In this document: piece after piece, positions 24,112 to 34,165 of the stretch
Layout of the letters: the number at the start of each line of letters is the position of its first letter
Numbering within the stretch: the first letter of the stretch is position 1
From: Rhizaria sp. SCN 62-66
Taxonomy: Eukaryota
Length of the DNA: 36,318 nucleotides
Reading direction: 5' to 3'
Assembly: GCA_001724265.1 (NCBI GenBank)
Contig: MEDY01000313.1
Location: 1-36,318, forward strand
Notes under the pieces: model-generated
Databases searched by the model: none
What the model saw: the letters and a program-made list of their open reading frames with translations, nothing else
Told to the model about the DNA's origin: nothing
Program-made: the position numbers and the translations under genes

Positions 24112-25476
24112 GTGCCTCCGTGTTTACACACCCACTTACACGACAAGTCATGTTACGATGTAAGTACGTATGCAGCTAAAAGTACGCAATTCGATTTTGT
24201 CTTGGCGTAAGTGTTCCTGTTTGTCAATAATATCCGCATATGATCCCCTGGAGTATCGTCGTAACTCATTGCTTCGTGACGTCAAGTTGTTACTGCAGCT
24301 GTTTTAGACTCACGACGACCGGAATGGAGTTAACTTTATTTTATTTTCATTCGACGTATCATTGTTGCTTTTTACTTTTTGTATGACGTGACTTGGTGTA
24401 CTTTGTTTTTCTTCCTTTGAGATACTCAAAACATCATAACAAGCATTTTGCCGGGCCGAAACAATACTGTGATGACGGACTGAGGGTTATGTTTGTTCGC
24501 TCGTCGCGCACTTTCATAGTAGCAGTGCGTGGTAATACTTCATTATTTGCTCACTTCTCTGTACTCATCGTGCGTGTGGCTCATGCTTGATTTGGCGTAT
24601 TTCACTCCCTGTTGCCGTCTATTTCTCATGTGCGCATATCGCGCTTCATGAATGTAGTTCTACTACGTATTGCTTAGTTACGCTGTTTGTAAACTTGACG
24701 CACTGTGTGTGCGTTCCTTTGTTTAGCTACTTGTACATGTATTTTATTTTTTTAATAGCACTCGCGAGTACTCCTACGCACAAATACATGTGCTGGGTTA
24801 GTACTCGTGTTTGGTGTTATCTTTAAGCGTTTTTATCGTCTCTTTTTTTTCACTGTGTGTTGATGCTCTTTGCTGCTTTGTGTGTCGCAACCTTGATATT
24901 TTCGTTGGCTCTCGTGTTGGTGTGATTGTGCAAACGAACCGCTAACGTCGACAGCGAAAATAAGCAACGGAGAAACAAATGCGTATGTTCGTGTGTACGG
25001 TGTCTGTCTGACAACAATAACCTCGAGATATCGTTTTTATTGTGTCAAACAAGCACGACTCTGCGAGAACTGCTGCCATATAAACCTCAATCTCTAGCAA
25101 AGCGCTCTCGTGCAAGTGCATTTGCTTTGCTGATTGTGGTCTAGACTCGGCGGCACAGGCCGGGCGCCTCAGCGGCGCCCCCCTCGCGCAGTCGCTCTTG
25201 TTTTCACACTCCGCACATCTGTATCGCGCGCACACAAATATATATATCTTTAATAACGCTCTAACAGCATGTGCGCGGGCCAATCTGTCTGCTAAGTCTC
25301 TGCAATCCCGTGTCGCTTTTGACTCGAACTTAACATGCGAGTGTGTCGTTATTTGGCGTTGAAAAGCGCTGTTTTGACCGTTGTGTGTTGACTTCGAAGG
25401 TGTAGAAGCGATTTATTGGGTCGATAAGACATAATAAAGATACCCTTTTGAGCGAAACTGGAACAAGTGTATTGGT

Positions 25477-25510
25477 ATTACAGAGGCACACCAGCATTAC
25501 AGAGGCACAC
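25477..25510. repeat. 15-bp direct repeat with a 4-nt spacer
   Basis: ATTACAGAGGCACAC at 25477-25491 and 25496-25510. Confidence 0.8.
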
Positions 25511-25673
25511 ACTTTAACGTCTATTATGACTTTCGTGCTTTTCCGCACGCGCGTCGCAGTTTCGATACACACTTAAACAAAAGGGGGCCGGGGTGTGTCA
25601 AAAGGAAAATTTAGGATAGAAAACATGAACAAACGATGAGATGGTACCTGCTTGCATCGCCGCAATGAATCAA

Positions 25674-25880
25674 TCAACAGATCTGTCGTGACGGCGACAG
25701 TGATCAGACTCGCGAGAAACGCTGAAACACTCTGGATAACGCCTCAAGCCATGCGCAACGCAGGCCCGCTGCCGAGATCCAGACGCGACCTGTGCGCATA
25801 GCTTGGTGTCGATGAAACAGTGTCGCCCCTTGCTCTCGCCGCCACACTGAGTCACCACGACTCGCGACAGACAGTGCTAA
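25674..25880 (-). ncRNA. Putative structured non-coding RNA: ~207-nt rod-like fold-back, family unknown
   Basis: Nine nested complementary segments share nearly one symmetry axis (paired-coordinate sums 51550-51560). About eight A-C oppositions on the plus strand become G-U pairs on the minus strand. Confidence 0.5.
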
Positions 25881-26554
25881 AAGTCGGTGAAATATAGTGA
25901 TAGGTGTCCAATAGACGGCCTCAAACAGTGATGTGATGCAATAATGCTGATTTTTGTTGTAGATGCGTGAAATAAATGCGAGATCATGCCGATCTGCGTT
26001 TATATGGGCGAAGATCTGCAGCAAGGTCAGCCTGGTCGGGTGCCCATCCTACGGAAGGAAAGTGGATAAAACACAACAGAAGATGCACAATTAAGTAAAC
26101 AGAAACTTAAAAAAATAGATGCAATTAGTTGTTGAAGAGAATTCTGTTGATTTGATTTTGTTAACGGAATCTGTGGTGATAAACAAAGTCAACTCATGTC
26201 GGTGCAAAAGTTCCCACCACTTTTGCCGATCGGTGTCTGCCTCGGTCGGTTGGTCTCAGTCTCGGTCGGTCAACTGGAGAAAGAAGTTAAGCCGGCGGGG
26301 GGTGGAGGAATGCGGAGCTTTCTTGATTCCGATTTGTGTGCCTCACGTAATGCTGCTGGGACTATTTTGCCTTTAATCATCGATTGACGCTTGCTTTTAT
26401 AATCTATTTGTTGTAGTTGTCGCTTTAGCGGCCCTCGTTTTGGTGCGCTATAGAGACTTGTTCTGTCGCCGCCCCATCCACCCACTGCAGGACCGATCAC
26501 CCTCACCTCGCCTTGCTTTCGCCCTTTGTATCTCGTCCTCTCCGCAGTATCTCG

Positions 26555-27013
26555 ATGCCCAAGATCGCTGACGACCAGAAGGCCGACCTCGCGTGCACCT
26601 GCGCCGCCCTCATCCTCTCCGACTCCAACACTGCTGTCTCGTACGTCGCCCCATTCATCGCACCCTCACAACCGCCAGACTTACGCGAGAGTTCCTCTTC
26701 CCTGCGCTTGCAGCTCCGTCTCGACCACGCGCTTGTCTCTCTCACTATCCTCACAATACCTCTCTTTCGTTTCTCTCTGTTCCACCTGTTCCTCTGCTTT
26801 AGCGCCGACAACATCGCTGCCATCCTGGCCGCTGCCGGCTTCGACAACATCGAGGGCTACTACCCCAAGCTCTTCGCCTCCGCTCTTGAGGGCAAGGACA
26901 TCGGCGCCGTCCTCTTCGGTGGCAACGCTGGCTCCAGCTCCTCCTCCTCCTCCTCCTCGGGCTCCTCCTCGTCCGGCTCTTCCTCTTCTGACTCCTCCTC
27001 TGATTCCGATTAA
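26555..27013 (+). CDS. RPLP1: 60S acidic ribosomal stalk protein P1-like (98 aa), 2 exons, atypical poly-Ser C-terminus
   Basis: Exons 26555-26640 and 26803-27013; intron GTACGT...CTTTAG (162 nt). Product MPKIADDQKADLACTCAALILSDSNTAVSADNIAAILAAAGFDNIEGYYPKLFASALEGKDIGAVLFGGNAGSSSSSSSSSGSSSSGSSSSDSSSDSD. LAC..AALIL.D and P.LFA.AL are P1 signatures. Confidence 0.9.
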   Translation: MPKIADDQKADLACTCAALILSDSNTAVSYVAPFIAPSQPPDLRESSSSLRLQLRLDHALVSLTILTIPLFRFSLFHLFLCFSADNIAAILAAAGFDNIEGYYPKLFASALEGKDIGAVLFGGNAGSSSSSSSSSGSSSSGSSSSDSSSDSD

Positions 27014-27041
27014 TTGGCTTAATCAGACGGATGCTTCAGTC

Positions 27042-27240
27042 AACAACTGGAAAAAAGGCGTGAGTGCGCGCAGCCGCAGCTGTGTGCTCCTGCTCCCGTC
27101 TGCGCCCCACCTCCGCTGTCGTGCTCTCTGCGCGGTGGCGTGACCAGCTCGCTGCGTTAACGCGCTCCCTCATTTGACATGAAGGTGAACGCGGTCGCGA
27201 ACGGTGGGGTTATGGACGCGTGATGCGGACACTGGTTGTT
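27042..27240 (+). other. GC-rich, potentially structured element just 3' of the RPLP1 stop (3' UTR element or separate ncRNA)
   Basis: Nested pairings: AACAACTGG/CTGGTTGTT, CCGCA/TGCGG, CGTCTG/TGGACG, GCCCCACC/GGTGGGGT, CGTGACC/GGTCGCG, GCGTT/AACGC, TCAT/ATGA, with G-U pairs on the plus strand. Confidence 0.35.
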
Positions 27241-27699
27241 TGTGTGTGCTTGTGTTTGGTTTTGTGGGGGATTTTGGATCATATCGATGAATACACCTCA
27301 AAGTGGCATCTTAAAACATTCTCTTTACTCATATCGTATTGTTCCCTTTGCATGAAATGTCTCTCTAGGGCTTCATATTAGTTCCTTTCGTCGAGCCTCG
27401 CGTTCGTCTCCACACCGTCTGCGCTGTGTCACCGCCGTTCGCGCCCTCTCGGACACCGACCTTCTACTTGATCTACGTATATAAATCATTCGTCAATAGA
27501 GATAATAATGTCATTCATTGGTTTAAAGGACATCTTTTTATTCGAATTTAATAACAGATCTGTACTTCACTTGACCTACCCTTATGTATCTATCTATTTG
27601 TCATTTGCCTCTCTCGACGACTCTGTCCCCCCCAACCCAGGACACACACCGACCACACGCACGCCTGTCTTGCCTCGCTGCCTTTGTCGTCGCTGCCCG

Positions 27700-30600
27700 A
27701 TGTCCGCCTCCTCTATCGCAGCCTCCGGGCCCGCTCTCGGCGCCGGCCTCTCCCCGGTAGACTTTTTCCTCTCCCTCGCCAAGGACAGCGCCAACGCCAC
27801 CAGCGCCTCTGCTGCCTCTGCCTCCGAGGCCTCCGCGGCCTCCGCGATGACCGACGGCGCCGCCGACGACGACGGCAACAAGCAGCGCGTGCTGCGCGTG
27901 TTCTCGCGCGGCGACTTCTACGCTGTCTTCGGCGCCGACGCGCTACACGCGGCCGCCGAGCTGTACAAGACGAGCGACGTGCTGCGCTACGTGGGCGCCG
28001 ACGACGCCGTGCCCACGGTGCCCGTCTCGCGCCCACGCCTCGCCGTGCTGCTCCACGACGCCGTGCTCACGCGCGGCTGGGCGGCCGAGGTCTACGAGCC
28101 CGTTGCCGCCGCGGCCGACGCTGACGATCACGATCACGACAACGATGACGACGACGACTACAGCAACGACGGGGCGGAGGGCAAGGGCAAGGCCCGCGCG
28201 TCCTCGTCCTCGTGGTGGCGCCTCGTCGCCCGCGGGTCCCCCGGCGACCTTAGCGCCTTCAGCGAGCTCCTGTCGTCGGCCTCCGGCACCAGCATCACCG
28301 TCGCCGTGCGCGTGTTTGATCTCGCTGGGCAGCGCACCGTCGCCGTCGCGCTGCTCGACACACTTGCCACGGCGCCCGTGCTGTCGCTGGGCGAGTTCCC
28401 CGACACAGACGCCTTCACCTCGCTTGCCACGTGCCTCGGCCAGTTCGGCCCCGCCGAGTGCCTGCTCTCGATCGACTCGGTCTGCGCCGACGCCGGCGAC
28501 GGCGACGTCGTCGCCGAGGTCCTCACCACCGCCAGTGTGCGCGTCATCGAGGCCTCCGGCAGCGGCAGCGGCAGCGGCAGCGTGGGCGCGGGGTCTGGCG
28601 GCGGCAGTGAGAGCGGTCGCGCCGCCCTGTTCCGCCCGTCCCCCGACGCCGCGGGCGCAGTCGAGCGTCTGGTCCGCGAGAGCGACCGCCACGCGCTCGC
28701 GGCCTACGTTGCCGACCACAAGCCCGTCGCGGGCGCCGCCTTTGCGCTCGCGGTGCACCTGGGTGCCGCCACGGCCCGCGGCACGCTCGTCGCCGCGGAG
28801 GGCAGCTGGCGCTTTCAGGTACGATCTCTAGATGTAACAACTTGTGCACATAATCACGCGTTATTAAAATTAAGTTCTCATTACTACATGTCTTTGTACC
28901 AGAGTCCTATCATGCTTTGTTTTTATTTTCTCAAATACTCATCGTGTCTTGTATATTCCTCTTTTGTCAATTTCTCACGCTTCTCTCAAGGCCGTCGACC
29001 TGGGCCGGTACATGCGTCTCGACGCGGCCGCCCAGGTCGCACTGAACATGTTCCCGACCCCGCAGGACACCGAGAAGACGATGTCGCTGGCCGGTCTGCT
29101 GAACCGCACGCGCACTGCGATGGGCGGCCGGCGCCTGCTGCAGTGGCTGAGGCTGCCGCTGCTGGATCGCAGCGCGATCAACGACCGCCTGGACGTCGTG
29201 CAGGTGCTGACAGACCACGGCAGCATGCTCGCGGGGCTGCGCGAGGCGCTGCGCGGCGTCGGCGACATCGACCGCCTTATCCGCAAGCTCCAGAAGCAGA
29301 CGGCAACGCTGGAGGACGTCGTCGCACTCTACCTGCTCGCGTCCCGCCTGCCCGCGCTTGTGTCGGCGCTCGAGACGGGCGCTGAGAGGGCGACGGCGGA
29401 CGCCGCGGCCGCCGCGGGCATCGACGCAGCGGGCGCGGCCGCGGCGGCGGCGCTCGTGAACAAGGTCGCGACGCGCTATCTGGAGCCGCTGAAGGAGGGG
29501 CAGACGCTGGTGATGCCGTACGAGGAGCTCGTCAAGACCACGGTCGACCTCGCGGCCGCTGCTCGGTACGCATATTGTGCATGATTTTATCAAAAACGGT
29601 ATACTTAATGTATAATCTATATTAATGATCTATTTTAAGGCAACTTCCTCACATATTATGCTGTTATATCTCGCTTTAATCATTATTTTCGTAACTCCTC
29701 CCGCAGCCGCGAGTACCTGATCAATCCCAGCTTCAACGAGGAGCTGGCCGAGCTGGACCGCCAGAAGACCAAAGTCAAGACCAAGATGGAGAACTCGGTG
29801 CCGCGTGTGGCGGACGAGCTGGGCCTGGACGACAAGAAGGTCAAGCTGAACCACGCCGGCAACCTCGGCTACCACTACCGCGTCTCGCGCAAAGACGAAA
29901 AGGCGCTGCGCGACTGCAAGACATACACCGCGCTCGAGACGCGCAAGGACGGCGTGCGCTTCACCAACAGCCACATGAAGGACCTCTCCTGTGTGTACGA
30001 GGACCTGGCGCGCGAATACAGTGAGACCCAGAAGGATGTCGTCGACAAGGTCCTCAACATTGCTAAGGGCTACGCGCCCATCTTCGCCACGCTGAGCACG
30101 CTTTACGCCGACCTGGACGCATTCGCCTCGCTTGCGCACGTGGCTGTGAACTCGTCCCCGCCGTACGTGCGCCCCACGCTCCTCCCGCGCTCCTCCGAAT
30201 GCAACAGCAGCAGCAGCAGCAGTGCGAGTGCAATGACCGATGAAAATAGAAACGCTGATGGCAGCAACATCGTGAGCGCGATCCGTCTTCGCGGCGCGCG
30301 CCACCCGTGCCTCGAGGTGCAACAGGGCGTGTCGTTCATCGCCAACGACATCGAGCTGGTCAAGGGCAAGAGCAACGTGCAGATCGTCACGGGCCCGAAC
30401 ATGGGCGGCAAGTCGACCTACATCCGCACCGCGGGCTGCATCGCGGTCATGGCGCAGATGGGCTCCTTCGTGCCGTGCACGAGCGCGGAGCTGTCGGTGC
30501 TTGACGGCGTGCAGGCGCGCGTCGGCGCCGGCGACAGCCAGATGAAGGGCATGTCGACCTTCATGAAGGAGATGCTCGAGGCGGCTGCTATCCTTAAGTC

Positions 30601-31222
30601 GGCGACCAGCGACTCGCTGATCATCATCGACGAGCTGGGCCGCGGCACGTCGACCTACGACGGCTTCGGCCTTGCCTGGGCGATCGCAGAGCACATCGCG
30701 AGCAAGATCAACGCATTCGCGCTCTTCGCAACCCACTTCCACGAGCTCACCACGCTCGCCGTCGAGTCCAACAACATCGTCAACCGGCACGTGACGGCGC
30801 AGACGGGCGCGGGCACCATCACGATGCTCTACCGGCTGCAGCCGGGCGCATGCGACCGCTCCTTCGGCATCCACGTCGCCGAGCTCGTCAGCTTTCCGCC
30901 CGAGGTCGTGGCGCTCGCACGCGCCAAGGCCGCCGAGCTCGAGGCATTCGGCAACGAGTCACAGGCCTTCGTCGCCGCGCAGCAAGACGCGGCCTCGCGC
31001 AGCGCCAGCGCGAGTGCGAGTGCGGCTGTTGAGTGCAAGAGCGAGGGCGGCGCGGCGGCGGCAGCGGCCGCGGTGGCGGCGGTGAGTGACGACGGCGCGC
31101 TTGCTTTCCTGCGCGCGCTGTTTGACTCCGAGGTGACCGTGGGCAGCGCGAGTGCCGGCGAAGGGGACAACCTCGAGATCGATGCGCTGATTGCCAAGGC
31201 CACCGCGGTTGGCCTTGTCTGA
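27700..31222 (+). CDS. MSH2: DNA mismatch repair protein MSH2 (~1069 aa), 3 exons
   Basis: Exons 27700-28818, 28991-29565, 29707-31222. Introns GTACGA...CTCAAG (172 nt) and GTACGC...CCGCAG (141 nt). MSH2-type motifs: FSRGDFYAVFGADA, GSPGDL, YMRLDAAA..ALN, GRRLLQWLRLPL, ARHPCLE, TGPNMGGKSTYIR, RVGAGDSQMKGMSTFMKEMLE, DELGRGTSTYDGFGLAWAI, FATHFHELT, SFGIHVAEL. TGA stop. Confidence 0.96.
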
Positions 31223-31904
31223 AGCATTTTGACTTGACTGAGAACAAATACGGATAACTGCGAGAAGTTGTTGTGGCCTGTGATGGCAGGTTAGGGTGAG
31301 CTTTATGCAATGTTGATATCGGGCCAGATAGAATGGACTCTGATAAAATGTGTATGTTAACTATTTTCTGAAAATTAACTCCAATGCAAGTACACTGTTG
31401 TGTTTGTCTTCGCAGAATGTGCGCACTGGGATGGCTGGTACCTTGGCGAAGGGCGCATTATGAGCAAACAACATAAAACACAATATTTTAAGTCTACAAA
31501 TATGTTACATGTTCACTTATGGCTGTGAGTTTTGAACTATCTCTAGTTTGTCGATAATTGCTTTTTAAAATGTACTTTTTCATTTCTAGCGATCGATATT
31601 TTTCAAGATAATTAAATATTCATGATTTCATCGACTCTTCATAAGCGAGGGATTTTTATAAACGAGGCATTAAAAAACATCCGGGATGAGTTCAAATTCA
31701 ATTTTGTATTTTTTCTACCTGTAAATTGCACATTTCTAAAATGGTTCAAAACTAAACAACGCTCAGTTCGATCAAAAACAGCAATCAAACAAAGCTATTT
31801 CGCTAACAGATACCACAACTCAACTACACAACACACACACAGAACAAACAAAAAGTCACACTGCAAATCGGGAATACAACAGCAAGGCCACGCAACCTTT
31901 TTGC

Positions 31905-34165
31905 TTAGGGCGCGCGCAGGCCCTGTGAGATCTCGTAGTTCTTGAAGGCGGCGTTGAGGACGTCGAAGACGAGCTCGGCGGTTGCCTTCATCTGGGGAGT
32001 GCCAGACGACACCTTGTCCGGGTGCACCATCATGAGCGCCTTGCGGTAGGCGCGCTTGATCGAGTTGTAATCAAGCAGCTGCGTGATGTCCATCTTCTGC
32101 CACTCGTTGCCCTCCCACAGCACGGTCGGCAGCGACGCCAGCAGCGGGCCGATCTGCTTTTCGACGCCATTGCGATAACGCCATTGGTGCACCTTGTGCT
32201 CGTACTGGCCCTTGAGGTGGTTCACCATGGCGATGTCCTCGGCCGTGTCCGCCGCCGCCGTGGGCAGCGCGCCGCCGGAGCTGTTGCCGTAGCTCGCGGC
32301 CGCCGCGGGGGCCGCAGAGGGGGACTTGGGGGAGCCGAAGTCGTCGTCCAGGGGGTCGAACGAGAAACCGGAGCTGGAGCCGGAGGCAGCGGAGCCGGAA
32401 GAGCTCGCGGGGGCGCCAGAAAAGGCGCCGAAGATGTCCGTGGCGGGCGCCGCGCCGCCGCCGCCGGCGACAGGAGACGCGGCGGCCGCGGCGGCCGCGG
32501 TGGCGGCGGCTGCGGCAACGGCAGCGGGCGCGACGGGCCGCGACTCGACCACGTCGTCGTCGATGTCGTCGACTGCGGTCGCTGCGCGGCGCGGCGGCAT
32601 CGCGGGGACAGCGGCGGGCGCAGCAGCGGCGGGGCGAGAGCTAGAACTGGAGCTGGAGCTGGAGCTGGAGCCGCCGCTAAAGAACATGTCGAAGTCGCCG
32701 TGGCCGTGACCGGCGGTGGCGGCGGCGGGCTTGGAGCTGGAGCTGGAGCCGCCGCCAAAGAGGTCGAGGACGTCGTTGCTCTTGTTCGCGGGCGCGGCGG
32801 GGGTCGGACGCGGAGCCGCCGCGCTGCTGCTGCTGGAGTCGAAGAAGCCGCCCAGGAGGTCCATGGTGCCGTGCTGCTGCGGCTTGTTGCTGCTGCTGCT
32901 GCTGCTGCTGTTGCTGCTGCTGTTGTTCGGCGTAGAGCTGAAGCTGCCCAGGAGGTCGATGCTGCCGCTGGCCGAGAGCGACGACGGCGACGACACCACG
33001 GGCGCCGGCTGCTGCGACGCAGAGGACGAGGACGAGAAGAACGAGTCCAGGTCGCCCATCGGGGACGCCACAGGCGCGGGCGCGGGCGCGGGGGCGGGGG
33101 CGGGGGCGGGCTTGGCGGCGGCAGAAGCGGGAGCCGCGGGGGCGGCGGCGGCGGGCTTGGCGGCGGGCGCGGGGGCCGGGACAGGTGACGTGAGCTTCTT
33201 GGGGGCCACTGCGGGGCTCTCAGGACTGCTCGCAGCAGGAGCAGCCGCAGAGCTAGAGCTGGAGCTACTGGAAGAAGGGGCGTCCTTGCCGCCGGGCAGG
33301 GGCACGCGCTTGCGATATGACGTGATGAGCGGGGTGAACTTCTCGGTGTTCTCCAGGCTCTCGGTGAAGTACTCGCGCTGACACTCGAGGATGCGCACGA
33401 AGACCTGTGGAGTTAACAACAAAAGAGAATACATCATAATGAGGTGGGAGTTGCAGTCAGCAAAAGTACATCATATGCATATTCTACGTATAATTTTAAA
33501 CGAACGCATTATATCTTTGCAAGCAAAAACGATATGCCGAAGACATCTCTTGTTTTGCGAAGTAGAGGAAAGCGTACCTGGTCGAAGCGGGAGAAGCGGT
33601 TTGCGATGGCGGCGTCGACGTCAGTGCCGACGCTGCCCATGAGCGTGGCGAGCTGCTTGGCGTTGTGGCGCAGCTTCGAGTCCTCGCGCTCGAACTCCTC
33701 GCCCTTGCCGCGGCCGGCCGCACGCATGGCGTCGACGCGCGCCTTGAGCGTCTCCACACCCACAGACTGCTCGTCGGCGGCACGGAGACGCTCGCGGAGC
33801 ACGCGGAGAGACTCGCGCCAGAGGTCGAGCTCGCGCTGAACGTCCCAGCCGAACTGCTCCTTGTAGAGGAACAGCAGGTTGGACTCCTGGTCGGCCATGG
33901 CGGTGAGGAACTGCTGGATGCTCTTCTGGCGCTCCTCCGACTTGCGGTAGAACTTGCCCACGTCGGCCGCCAGCACGCGCGTGGCGTCGCCCACGGCAAG
34001 CATGGAGCGCGCGTAGCCCTCGACAGTGGCCTGCAGCGCCGTGACCATCGAGTCGAGCTTCTGCAGCTGGTCGTAGCGACGCGCAAGCTCGGCGTCCTTG
34101 GGCGGCTTGTCCGCCAGCCCTATCGTCTGGAGCACGCGGTCGCGGGACTTTTTGAAGAAGTCCAT
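31905..34165 (-). CDS. BAR-like N-terminal domain plus C-terminal auxilin/Swa2-type DnaJ domain protein (~695 aa); probable clathrin-uncoating co-chaperone
   Basis: Exons 34165-33578 and 33404-31905; intron 33577-33405 (GTACGC...CCACAG, phase 0); TAA stop. C-terminus W...KQIGPLLASLPTVLWEG.EWQKMDITQLL...IKRAYRKALMMVHPDKV...AELVFDVLNAAF is the auxilin-type J domain (HPD at 32024-32016). N-terminal ~225 aa are helical with an amphiphysin-like start (FFKKSRDRVLQTIG.AD...D.E). The middle is low complexity with DLLG/DLFG/DIFG/FDP motifs. A possible extra 5' exon (34331-34308, MQPDASSK) would splice via GTTCGT...CTGCAG (142 nt). Confidence 0.85.

Noticed and set aside
719-25510. CRISPR-like or satellite arrays from the short direct repeats (719-748, 14288-14343, 25477-25510)
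   Set aside because: Each has only two copies, they are unrelated to each other, and the context is eukaryotic; simple local duplications.
25500-25620. RNase P/MRP RNA (ACAAAAGGGGGC on +; GAAAGTC on -)
   Set aside because: No matching partner strand forming a proper P4 helix with both conserved regions was found on either strand.
25704-26048. Minus-strand ORF of ~106-115 codons overlapping the fold-back
   Set aside because: Codon usage is unlike the real genes in the window and there is no recognisable motif; an RNA structure explains the region better.
26500-26554. Spliced-leader trans-splicing, suggested by pyrimidine tract + AG just before several start codons (RPLP1, auxilin-like gene)
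   Set aside because: Not seen before MSH2, RPL18 has a normal cis intron, and a cis donor explains the auxilin case. Too weak without cDNA.
1053-33839. The many long overlapping ORFs in alternative frames and on the antisense strand (e.g. 5421..6965 +, 12736..14175 -, 15937..17172 +, 29630..30874 -, 32022..33188 +)
   Set aside because: They are shadows of GC-rich, codon-biased exons where stops are rare. They give Arg/Pro/Ala-rich translations with no motifs.
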